Assembly (NCBI GenBank): GCA_964616715.1
Contig: CAZTRL010000004.1
Location: forward strand, 1 to 32,000
Reading direction: 5' to 3'
Length of the DNA: 32,000 nucleotides
Source: an uncultured archaeon
GTDB taxonomy: Archaea > Aenigmatarchaeota > Aenigmatarchaeia > QMZP01 > JAFGSV01
This document shows, in pieces, positions 22,780-30,795 of the stretch (position 1 is its first letter; every line of letters begins with the position of its first letter). The position numbers and the translations under genes were made by a program. Under the pieces are notes generated by a model. The model worked only from the letters and a program-made list of their open reading frames with translations. It was not told where the DNA came from and searched no databases.

Positions 22780-24459
22780 ATGCAGCTTCTGAGGAAAGAC
22801 GTCGAGGGGATTCTACGGAAGGAGAAGCTCGACGTCTCACTCCTCGAGAAACCCCCGAAGCCAGAGATGGGCGACCTAGCGTTCCCGTGCTTTTCGCTTG
22901 CGAAGGAATGGAAGAAGGCGCCCGCGGCGATAGCCTCGGAGATCGCCGGAAAGATTAAGGCGTCAGGCGCTGTCAGGGAGGTGAAGGCCGAGGGCCCGTA
23001 CGTCAACTTCTTCGCCGACTGGAAGGCGCTCGGGAAGGAAATCATGGGAGACACCCTGAAGAAGGGCAAGAGGTACGGCGCGGGAAGCCGAAAGGGGAAG
23101 ACCATGATGGTCGAGTTCTCGCATCCCAACACCCACAAGGCGTTCCACATAGGCCACACCAGGAACATAATACTCGGCGAGTCCCTCTCCAGGGTCCTCG
23201 GCTTCGCAGGATACAAGGTAGCAAGGGTCAACTATCAGGGCGACATAGGCCCGCACGTCGCGAGATGCATCTGGGGCCTGCTCAACCTCGACATCGTAGA
23301 GCCCAAGGAGGGCAAGGGGAGATGGCTCGGGGAGGTCTACGCGAAGGCGAGCCAGGAGGCCAGGAACTACCGCGTGGAGCTTGCGATAAAGGAGATAAAC
23401 AAGAAGCTGTACGCAGGAGACCCGGGGCTTGTCAAGGTGTGGAAGAAGACGCGCCAGTGGAGCCTCGACTACTTCGAGACCATATACGCAGACTTCGGCG
23501 TCAAGTTCGACAGGTACTATTTCGAGAGCGAGGTCGAGGGGCCGGCGATAAAGCTTGCGAAGAAGCTCGAAAAGGACGGCACAGCAAAGATGAGCGACGG
23601 CGCGATAGTCATGGACCTCGAGAAGTACGGCCTCGGAGTGTACGTCCTGCTGACGCAGGACGGGACGCCGCTCTACTCCATCAAGGACTTCATACTCGCG
23701 GGGCTGCAGGACAAGGAGTTCTCGCCCGAGAAGATAATACACGTAGTGGGCTCCGAGCAGGACCTGCACTTCAGGCAGCTGATAAAGAGCCTTGAGACGA
23801 CCAACCCGAAGGTTTCCAGGAAGGAGTACCACCTATCATACGGCCTCGTCAACCTCGAGTCCGGGAAGATGAAGTCCAGGGAGGGCCAGGTCATACTCTA
23901 CGAGGAGCTCAAGGAGAAGGTGCTGCACGAGGCGAGGAGGGTGACGTCTGAGAAGAACCGCGAGCTGGGAAAGAATGAGCTCGAGGATATATCCGGCGAT
24001 GTCGGCCTCGGCGCGCTCAAGTACGACATGGTGAAGGTGTCTCCCGAGAAGACGATAGTCTTCGACTGGGGCAGGGCGCTCTCGTTCGAGGGCAACAACG
24101 CCCCCTACCTGCAGTACACCCACGCGAGGTGCAGGGCGATATTCCGGAAGGCGGGGGTCACCGAAGTCCGCAAATACGACGCATCGCTCCTTGGCGAGGA
24201 GAAGGAGACAGCGGTCCTGCGCAAGCTCTCGGAGTTCCCAGAGCTCGTCCAGAAGGCGGCCAGGGAGATGAGGCCGCACTACGTCGCGACCTACGCGTAC
24301 GAGCTCTGCGACATATTCAACGAATTCTACCAGTCGGTCCCCGTGCTGAAGGCCGGCGAGAAGACGAGGCAGGCGAGGCTCGCTCTCGTGGAGGCGTCGA
24401 GGACGGCCATAGAGAACGCTCTGCGGCTCCTGGGCATAGCGGCGCCAGACAAGATGTGA
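22780..24459 (+). CDS. argS: Arginyl-tRNA synthetase
   Basis: Class I HIGH motif in FSHPNTHKAFHIGHTRN, a KMSK-like GKMKSREG, and the C-terminal anticodon-binding block YLQYTHARC...YELCDIFNEFY. Length is 559 aa. Confidence 0.97.
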   Translation: MQLLRKDVEGILRKEKLDVSLLEKPPKPEMGDLAFPCFSLAKEWKKAPAAIASEIAGKIKASGAVREVKAEGPYVNFFADWKALGKEIMGDTLKKGKRYGAGSRKGKTMMVEFSHPNTHKAFHIGHTRNIILGESLSRVLGFAGYKVARVNYQGDIGPHVARCIWGLLNLDIVEPKEGKGRWLGEVYAKASQEARNYRVELAIKEINKKLYAGDPGLVKVWKKTRQWSLDYFETIYADFGVKFDRYYFESEVEGPAIKLAKKLEKDGTAKMSDGAIVMDLEKYGLGVYVLLTQDGTPLYSIKDFILAGLQDKEFSPEKIIHVVGSEQDLHFRQLIKSLETTNPKVSRKEYHLSYGLVNLESGKMKSREGQVILYEELKEKVLHEARRVTSEKNRELGKNELEDISGDVGLGALKYDMVKVSPEKTIVFDWGRALSFEGNNAPYLQYTHARCRAIFRKAGVTEVRKYDASLLGEEKETAVLRKLSEFPELVQKAAREMRPHYVATYAYELCDIFNEFYQSVPVLKAGEKTRQARLALVEASRTAIENALRLLGIAAPDKM

Positions 24460-24460
24460 G

Positions 24461-24679
24461 TCAGAACAGCTTCCTTTCAATCTTCCTCACGGCATAAACC
24501 ATGAGCACGACGCCGGCAATCGTCAGCGAGGCCGTCATCATGAGCTCCGCCGCCCAAATGTCATGGAAGCCGTAGCCATCCGGCTCCATGCTGTATGTGA
24601 GATACATGCCCCCTCCCGTGAACATGAGGACCACCGAGGCCAGAGCCGCGGCCATGGTGAGCACATGCCTTTTCATCAT
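24461..24679 (-). CDS. Small two-TM membrane protein (72 aa)
   Basis: MMKRHVLTMAAALASVVLMFTGG...ASLTIAGVVLMVYAVRKIERKLF. ATGs are at 24679 and 24676, with a TATA box about 20 nt upstream. The longer 161-aa track ORF would overlap the divergent gene. Confidence 0.45.
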   Translation of the reverse strand: MMKRHVLTMAAALASVVLMFTGGGMYLTYSMEPDGYGFHDIWAAELMMTASLTIAGVVLMVYAVRKIERKLF

Positions 24680-24698
24680 TAACAATTGTCCCTCTGGA

Positions 24699-24708
24699 TT
24701 ATATTTAA
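24699..24708. promoter_or_regulatory. Shared A/T box between divergent small-membrane-protein genes
   Basis: TTATATTTAA lies 20 nt from the minus-strand ATG (24679) and 33 nt from the plus-strand ATG (24741). A second box, AATAATTTAA, is at 24721-24730. Confidence 0.4.
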
Positions 24709-24740
24709 GGGAACTGAGCGAATAATTTAAGAGAGGGGAA

Positions 24741-25154
24741 ATGGCAGACCCGAAGATAGTAGAGTACGTGCAGACGAGCCTTTCACAGGGCGTGAGCGTG
24801 GAGGAGATACGGGCAGCCCTCGCCCAGCAGGGCTGGTCCGAATACGACATAGAGGAGGCACTCTCCACGCCCGGGCAGGCCCAGCCAGCCGCGGGCACGG
24901 CTATGCAGGGAAAGGCAGGCAGCGGAGGCTTCGACATCAAGGCCATAATGACAGCAAGCGAGAACGAATACAGCCCGGAGTTCGTCTACAAGATACTCAT
25001 CGAGGTCGCCATATTCAGCATAGCGTCCATCGCGCTCATATTCATAGGCCTGCCCTGGTACGTCCCGATAATAGTGATAGGGATAATAGGCGGGCTCGCC
25101 TTCATGCAGATAAACAAGCTCAAACAGAAGTCGGCGGCACCCGATCAGATGTAG
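24741..25154 (+). CDS. Membrane protein with an N-terminal soluble helical domain (137 aa)
   Basis: The N-terminus IVEYVQTSLSQGVSVEEIRAALAQQGWSEYDIEEAL is a short helical motif I have seen recurrently at the N-termini of archaeal membrane proteins. It is followed by a Q/A/G linker and two TM segments. Confidence 0.6.
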   Translation: MADPKIVEYVQTSLSQGVSVEEIRAALAQQGWSEYDIEEALSTPGQAQPAAGTAMQGKAGSGGFDIKAIMTASENEYSPEFVYKILIEVAIFSIASIALIFIGLPWYVPIIVIGIIGGLAFMQINKLKQKSAAPDQM

Positions 25155-25186
25155 GCCGATTTAAGATTTATATTGAGGTTGCGACA

Positions 25187-26029
25187 ATGAATAAAACAAT
25201 GGAAGGAAAACTACTGCTCGTCTTCGCCGTTCTATTCGTAGTGCTCATGGTGAGCGGCTGCATCGGGGAGGAGGCGCTCCCGGACGATGGGCAGAGCTCC
25301 GGAGGGCAGTGCAATCCGCCCAAGAAGATGATAGGGCAGATATGCTGCTATGACGAGAACTCAAACGGCATCTGCGACATAGAGGACATGGGGTGCCCTG
25401 ACAGCTGCGACGACGGCAACATCTGCACGAACGACACATGCTCGGCGTCCACCGACTTCGAGTGCGTCCACGAGGCCAACTCGCCCTGCTGCGGCAACGG
25501 CGTCTGCGAGCCCAACGAGGACGTGAGCAACACATGCCCCGATGACTGCACTATCATAAAGATGTCGCAGTTCAAGTACAGCGACATCGCAGACTACATG
25601 GACGGCGACACGTTCGTCTTCATACACACAGGCTCCGCTGAGACCGAGCAGAAGATGTTCTACCTCAACATAACGGCAGGCCCCGGAGGGATGGAGAACA
25701 TAAAGTACACATACACGTGCAACTCAACGCAGTACGACGACATAGACAGCATAAACTCGGAAGCCGAGAACGTCACGGAGGACGTGGATATGAAGATAAA
25801 CAAGTACGAGGACAAGAACTACGTGATATACACGAACTTCTTCATCCCCAGCACATCGACCTATTCCAGGGACATAAAGACACTCGAAGGCGACCAGAAG
25901 GCGTCCTTCCACTTCAGCGTGAAGAAGAAGGTGCCCCAGGAGAGGGACGACCTGAAGTGTCTCGTGAAGTTCTACTTCGTCGAACCCAGGAAGATTGTGT
26001 ACGAGTGGCTCTCCATATCCTACATCTAG
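25187..26029 (+). CDS. Secreted/lipobox-like Cys-rich protein (280 aa)
   Basis: Signal peptide LLLVFAVLFVVLMVSGC. 18 Cys fall within about 80 residues, including CCGNGVCEPNEDVSNTCPDDC. The C-terminal region (about 150 aa) is Cys-poor. A GAGGT SD lies 8 nt upstream. Confidence 0.7.
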   Translation: MNKTMEGKLLLVFAVLFVVLMVSGCIGEEALPDDGQSSGGQCNPPKKMIGQICCYDENSNGICDIEDMGCPDSCDDGNICTNDTCSASTDFECVHEANSPCCGNGVCEPNEDVSNTCPDDCTIIKMSQFKYSDIADYMDGDTFVFIHTGSAETEQKMFYLNITAGPGGMENIKYTYTCNSTQYDDIDSINSEAENVTEDVDMKINKYEDKNYVIYTNFFIPSTSTYSRDIKTLEGDQKASFHFSVKKKVPQERDDLKCLVKFYFVEPRKIVYEWLSISYI

Positions 26030-26137
26030 ACGAGGGCACGCCACATTATTTAAACCTGCTGCTTCAATAAGAGTAGATATCAACCCGGAGATGAGTCGGC
26101 CGAAATGCCGTGCCGCAATCTGGGAAGAGGTGATAAG

Positions 26138-26569
26138 ATGGCATTCAAGCTAGTGGTCTCTGATCCCAAGACGAAGAAGTCCTACCAGAAGGAAGTGTCG
26201 GGCGAGGGAATCCTCGGAAAGAAGATAGGCGACAAGGTCGAGGGCGGCTCCGCCGGGCTTTCCGGATACGAGCTGCAGATAACCGGAGGCTCCGACAACG
26301 ACGGCTTCCCCATGAGGAAGGACGTCGACGGGACCTCAAGGAAGAAGATACTCCTCTCGTCCGCTCCAGGCTTCCATCCCAGGATGGAGGGCATGAGGAA
26401 GAGGAAGTCCATCAGGGGAAACACCGTGTCCGACGACACAGCACAGGTCAACACCAAGGTCGTGAAGTACGGAAAGGAGTCCCTTGAGAAGGTCTTCGGC
26501 GGGGACAAGAAGGAAGGCGGGGAATCCGCCGAAGGGTCCGAGAAGCCTGCGGAAGAGACAAAGGAATAA
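26138..26569 (+). CDS. rps6e: 30S ribosomal protein S6e
   Basis: MAFKLVVSDPKT...YELQITGGSDNDGFPMRKDV...RKKILLS..PGF.P...G.RKRKS.RGN. The SD GAGGTGAT (26126-26133) lies just upstream of ATG 26138. The track start at 26105 is an upstream in-frame ATG without an SD. Confidence 0.93.
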   Translation: MAFKLVVSDPKTKKSYQKEVSGEGILGKKIGDKVEGGSAGLSGYELQITGGSDNDGFPMRKDVDGTSRKKILLSSAPGFHPRMEGMRKRKSIRGNTVSDDTAQVNTKVVKYGKESLEKVFGGDKKEGGESAEGSEKPAEETKE

Positions 26570-26584
26570 GCAAGAGATTTCGGG

Positions 26585-26593
26585 TTTTCTTTT
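26585..26593 (+). terminator. Oligo-T terminator candidate after rps6e
   Basis: TTTTCTTTT lies 16 nt after the TAA stop, the archaeal T-tract terminator type. Confidence 0.45.
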
Positions 26594-26662
26594 AATCTCG
26601 GTAGGATTTAAAGATAGATGTCGATATAATCATCTTGCCCGGATGGGCGAGTCGTACTGCCG

Positions 26663-27238
26663 CTAGTCCTTGCGTGCGACATGACTGTCATGCTTTCGCA
26701 GACCAGCGGCCAGCGCATCGAGCGCCCTGCGCCTGTGCGAGACCTTGTTCTTCTCATTCATTCCCATCTCGGCGAAGGTCCTGTCGTAGCCTTCCGGGAT
26801 GAATATCGGATCCCAGCCGAAGTCGTAGCCCTCGGTGACCCTGCCGCTTATCCTTCCCTTCACGGTCCCCGTGAAGCTCTCGGTCTTCCCGTCCGGGCCG
26901 CAATATGTCACGACGCACACGGCGTCCGCCGATGTGTCCTTCCCAGATACGAAATCCACGATGCCCTGCCTGCCCATGGCGCTGAGGAAATGCTTGATTA
27001 GGGCGCCTGGGTATCCCGACATTGATTTGAGGCAGAGGCCGGTGTCCTCCACTATAAGCGGCTTTCCCAGCTGCCTGAAGGCATCCTCCGCCTTCTTCCT
27101 CGAAACAGCCTCCACGTCGCTGTCCTGGATCTCGGGAAGATCGATTACCTTCTGGACCACATTCATGCCCTTCCGGGAGAGTATCTCCGATGCCTCCCTG
27201 ACCTTGCCGGCGTTTCCCGTAACGAAGAAAATCTCCAT
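26663..27238 (-). CDS. Non-canonical purine NTP pyrophosphatase (Ham1/RdgB, dITP/XTP)
   Basis: IFFVTGNAGKVREA, LIVEDTGL, PGALIKHF, GFGWDPIF.P and SHRRRAL are the family blocks. Confidence 0.92.
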   Translation of the reverse strand: MEIFFVTGNAGKVREASEILSRKGMNVVQKVIDLPEIQDSDVEAVSRKKAEDAFRQLGKPLIVEDTGLCLKSMSGYPGALIKHFLSAMGRQGIVDFVSGKDTSADAVCVVTYCGPDGKTESFTGTVKGRISGRVTEGYDFGWDPIFIPEGYDRTFAEMGMNEKNKVSHRRRALDALAAGLRKHDSHVARKD

Positions 27239-27239
27239 G

Positions 27240-27857
27240 TCACCACCCCTCCCAGACGAACTCGTATCCCTCGTCCGGATGGCCCTTGTCGCCGCGCCTC
27301 CAGTAGAGCATTATGAGGACCCCGGCCAGGATTCCCCCCAGATGGCCGAAATTGGCGATTCCCGGTTCGAAGCCGAACAGTCCCGAGGCGAACTCGAATA
27401 TGGCGAAGAACACCACGAGGAGGGCCGCGGGAAGGGGTATCCCAGGGAAGATGAACACTATGTTCCTCGGGAACTTGAAGGCGTACGCCGTGAGCACCGC
27501 GAAGATGGCGCCGCTCGCCCCGAGGAGCGGGACGTCCGAGACGCCGGAGAGCACTATGTGCAGCAGGGCAGAGACTATCCCAGACACGAAGTAGAGTATC
27601 ACGTACCTTCGCTTTCCGAGCACCCTCTCCATGATGCTTCCGAATATGAAGAGCGCCAGCATGTTCAGGCCCAGGTGGGTTATGGAGCCGTGGGCGAACA
27701 TGTAGGTGACGAACTGCCAGTACATGCCGGAGAGGGCGAGGACGGGTGTCAGCGCCACGAGCTGCGTGAACGGCTGGTAGGCCACCTGGACCAGGAAAAC
27801 CGCAAAGCAAGCTACCATTATGGCCAGCGTGACCGAAGGGAAGTCCTTAGAAGGCAT
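27240..27857 (-). CDS. Rhomboid-family intramembrane serine protease
   Basis: WQFVTYMFAHGSITHLGLNM, the catalytic GASGAIFAVL (GxSG) and the catalytic His in FGHLGGILAG. ATG 27857 has GGTGAT about 7 nt upstream and TTTAAATAA about 35 nt upstream. The stop lies 1 nt before the Ham1 start. Confidence 0.88.
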   Translation of the reverse strand: MPSKDFPSVTLAIMVACFAVFLVQVAYQPFTQLVALTPVLALSGMYWQFVTYMFAHGSITHLGLNMLALFIFGSIMERVLGKRRYVILYFVSGIVSALLHIVLSGVSDVPLLGASGAIFAVLTAYAFKFPRNIVFIFPGIPLPAALLVVFFAIFEFASGLFGFEPGIANFGHLGGILAGVLIMLYWRRGDKGHPDEGYEFVWEGW

Positions 27858-27984
27858 GAGAATCACCCGGATAAGAATAGATTCCGGGCACTTATTTAAA
27901 AGCGTTGCCCGGGAAACCGGGCTGCAGGCCGATTGAATCATTTATTAGGGAGCTTGCGGAAGTTATTCTTATGGAGGTGTCTTA

Positions 27985-28434
27985 ATGGCAAAACATGCTG
28001 ATCTCGTGCAGAGAGGCGTGGCAGCCTTCGTCGATCTCATCATCCTGTTCGTTGTCTTTGCCGTTCTCGGTGCGCTCTTCGCAGGGCCCGTCGTGTTCAG
28101 TTCGATGATGATGCCGGGCTACGGAATGGTGAGTCCCATCGCGGTCATGATGGCTTGGGTGGCGAACATAATCAGCACGCTGGTGGCCTTCGGGTACTTC
28201 GTGTACTTCGAGGGAAACGGCGGGCAGACCATAGGCAAGAAGGCGATGAAGATAAAGGTTGTGACCGAGGGTGGAAAGGCAATCACTTACAGCGAGGCCC
28301 TGATAAGGAACATCCTTAGGATAATCGACTGGCTGCCGTTCGTCTACATAGTCGGGATAATACTCATCGCGACAAACGACAAGAAGCAGAGGCTCGGTGA
28401 CATAGCCGCAAAGACCATAGTCGTCGTCGCGTGA
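27985..28434 (+). CDS. RDD-family membrane protein
   Basis: VQRGVAAFVDLIILFVV..., QTIGKKAMKIKVV and LIRNILRIIDWLP...QRLGDIAAKTIVV follow the RDD domain pattern. A GGAGGTG SD lies 5 nt upstream. Confidence 0.8.
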   Translation: MAKHADLVQRGVAAFVDLIILFVVFAVLGALFAGPVVFSSMMMPGYGMVSPIAVMMAWVANIISTLVAFGYFVYFEGNGGQTIGKKAMKIKVVTEGGKAITYSEALIRNILRIIDWLPFVYIVGIILIATNDKKQRLGDIAAKTIVVVA

Positions 28435-28446
28435 ACGCGCCCGCAA

Positions 28447-29592
28447 TCACGAACCTTCCCGCTTCCTGCGGGAAGCCCTTTTTTTCTTTCTTCCCTTCCT
28501 TCTCATGGCCCGCCTCTCGACAAGGACGAGGAGCGGGGGTATGACGCCTATCGCAGCTATGAGCGAGTACACCACGCCGAACGACAGCGCCACGGCGAAG
28601 TCCCTAAGGAGGGGCAGCTGCGCCAGGGTGAGCGCCAGGAACCCTATGACTGTGGTGATGGTGGTCAGGGCCAGCCCCTTTCCCACGTGCTGGACAGCGT
28701 TGTAGACGGCGACCTCGAACTCGTACTTCTTCTTGTCCTCCTCGAACCGGTGGAGTATGTGTATGCCGAAGTCTATGCCGAGGCCTATTATTATGGAGAA
28801 GACGCCCACGAGCTGGGTGGACAGCGCGATTCCGAGAAGGCCCATGGTACCGAACGTCCAGAGGCTTCCCAGGACTATGGGCATTATGGCTATGAAGACG
28901 AAGCTCGTCCTCCTGAAGAAGAGGTACAGCACCACGAGGACGCCGGCAAAGCCTATGAAGGTCACGCTTCCCACGCTCTGCCCTATAGAGCTTGATATCT
29001 CGTCATTCAGGGCCACCGAGCCGGCGACGTCCACGCGGACCCCCGCGGGAAGCGGCGTGTTGTCCACGATGCTCCTCACCTCGTAGAGGACGTCGTCCTC
29101 CTGCACGGTCGAGAGCCCGTTCTCAAGGGAGAATATCATCAGCGCCATGCGGTTGTCGCTGCTCAGCAGGCCGGAGGCGGAAGGGTTCCCCGAGAGCGCC
29201 TGGTCTATCTCGTTCTGTGTGGCCTTGATGTCCACAAAATCCAGTATGCTGCTCTCCCGGGCCACGAACCGGTCAGCCATCGCCTGCTCAGATATGAGTT
29301 GCATCGCGGAGAGGACGTCCTTGGCCCTCATGTCCGGAACCGGCGCGGACGAGTCGTCGTCCCTGAATATCAGTATGATGTTCGACGAGGCCCCTCCGAG
29401 CTCGTCCCTGACGTAGTTGAGCGCCTTTATCTCGGGAACGGTGTCGGGAACGAGGCTCTCCTGGCTCGTGCTCGTCTTTATCAGGGCGAACCCGCTGGTA
29501 AGGAAGACTGTCAGCACTAGGAAGACCATCAGAACAGCCTTTGGTCTCCCCTCCTCGACCTTCGCTATCCGTTCAAGGACGTGCTCCAGCAT
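28447..29592 (-). CDS. RND-superfamily exporter, HAE3-type (COG1033-like), C-terminal half as a separate ORF
   Basis: N-terminal TM, then an extracytoplasmic domain of about 170 aa, then five clustered TMs (SSD-like; GIDFGIHILHRF). This architecture parallels the upstream ORF. The ATG at 29592 shares one nucleotide with the upstream TGA, and GTG 29595 is an alternative start. Confidence 0.8.
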   Translation of the reverse strand: MLEHVLERIAKVEEGRPKAVLMVFLVLTVFLTSGFALIKTSTSQESLVPDTVPEIKALNYVRDELGGASSNIILIFRDDDSSAPVPDMRAKDVLSAMQLISEQAMADRFVARESSILDFVDIKATQNEIDQALSGNPSASGLLSSDNRMALMIFSLENGLSTVQEDDVLYEVRSIVDNTPLPAGVRVDVAGSVALNDEISSSIGQSVGSVTFIGFAGVLVVLYLFFRRTSFVFIAIMPIVLGSLWTFGTMGLLGIALSTQLVGVFSIIIGLGIDFGIHILHRFEEDKKKYEFEVAVYNAVQHVGKGLALTTITTVIGFLALTLAQLPLLRDFAVALSFGVVYSLIAAIGVIPPLLVLVERRAMRRKGRKKKRASRRKREGS

Positions 29593-30770
29593 CACAACCC
29601 CCTCACCTTGCTGTCGAACTTCTCCTCAAGCGACATGAGGGCCGGAAGGACCAGAAGGGATAGCAGAGCCGAGTATATTATCCCGATGCTCAGCGATATC
29701 CCCATGTCGGCGAGGAACGGCACTCCCGAGAGAGCGAGAGAGAGGAACGACACGATGGTGGTCACCGCCGTGCCGAATATCGCCCTCCCTACACGGTCCA
29801 CCGCTATGCCATAGCAGACGAAGCATGTCTTCAGGCATTCGCTGTAGTTGCCGCCGTCCTCCAGGCAGCGGTGGTACTCCTCGTCCTTTCTCTTCTTCCT
29901 CTCCTCCAGGTACCTGTTCATGACGTGTATCGTGTAGTCTATGCCGACCCCTACCACCATGGAGCCGACCATGACGGTAACTATGGAAAGGGGAATCCCC
30001 ATGAAATGCATGGTGCCGCCCGTCCATATGACAACGAGCGCCAGGACGCTTATGGACACGAAGGCCCTCACCGGCGACCTGTACGCTATCGCCAGAGTGA
30101 TTAGTATGAGCACGCCGGCTATGGTGACCGTGTTGACGAGGTCACTCAATATGAGGTCGAATATCACCTTTCCTATTATGGAGCCCCCGGTGACTGTCAT
30201 CTCGATGCTTCCCGGCAAGCCCACGTCGGTAATCTCCGAGTAGATGGCGTCCGTTATCCTGACCAGCTTCTGGTCCGTCGGGTTGCCGCTCACCCTCACA
30301 GATATCGTGGCCAGCGAATAGTCCCTGCCGAAGATGCCCTGGGCGTCCCCGAAGAACTGCTTTATGGCCTCGGGGTCGTCCGGAATGCTTCCGAATGCCG
30401 CCACCAGCGCATCCGGCGGGCCGCTCACATCCTCAATCCCCGGCACGTCCCTCAGGGCCGTCTCCAGTTCAAGGAGCCTCCTCATGACCAGGGGGTCGCG
30501 TATGTCCCTCACGTCCCGCGGGGAAGCCGCCGCCGTGTCCAGCCTGGCGAGAACGAACAGGCTCCCCGACTGGGAGAAGACGTTCGCAATCAGGTCGTTG
30601 TTCTTCACGGCAGGGAGGTCCTGGGGCAGCGTCTTGGTGAAGTCGGTCTCTATGGTTATGGAGGCGGCGCTGAGCGCCATGATTATCGTTATAATGACGA
30701 CGACGCCTATGACGATTTCCGGGTCCCTGGAGGCGAACTCCCCGTACCTTTCAAGAAAGCTCTTTCGCAT
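29592..30770 (-). CDS. RND-superfamily exporter, HAE3-type (COG1033-like), N-terminal half as a separate ORF
   Basis: Same layout as the downstream half (RDPEIVIGVVVIITIIMAL; loop domain; TM bundle with GIDYTIHVMNRYLEE). A GGAGG SD lies upstream of ATG 30770. Confidence 0.8.
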   Translation of the reverse strand: MRKSFLERYGEFASRDPEIVIGVVVIITIIMALSAASITIETDFTKTLPQDLPAVKNNDLIANVFSQSGSLFVLARLDTAAASPRDVRDIRDPLVMRRLLELETALRDVPGIEDVSGPPDALVAAFGSIPDDPEAIKQFFGDAQGIFGRDYSLATISVRVSGNPTDQKLVRITDAIYSEITDVGLPGSIEMTVTGGSIIGKVIFDLILSDLVNTVTIAGVLILITLAIAYRSPVRAFVSISVLALVVIWTGGTMHFMGIPLSIVTVMVGSMVVGVGIDYTIHVMNRYLEERKKRKDEEYHRCLEDGGNYSECLKTCFVCYGIAVDRVGRAIFGTAVTTIVSFLSLALSGVPFLADMGISLSIGIIYSALLSLLVLPALMSLEEKFDSKVRGL

Positions 30771-30795
30771 AAGACCAGCCTCCGCAGGCCCGCCC

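Noticed and set aside
24680-24946. Upstream 89 codons of the 161-aa minus-strand ORF
   Set aside because: This part overlaps the divergent 137-aa gene, is P/A/S/C-rich and is not membrane-like. The hydrophobic 72-aa C-terminal part has its own ATG and TATA box.
26570-26662. Possible small RNA (for example a C/D box sRNA) in the 93-bp convergent spacer after rps6e, and in the other spacers over 80 bp
   Set aside because: I could not find a convincing C box (RUGAUGA) and D box (CUGA) pair or a stable conserved-looking fold on either strand. The T-tract is explained as the rps6e terminator.
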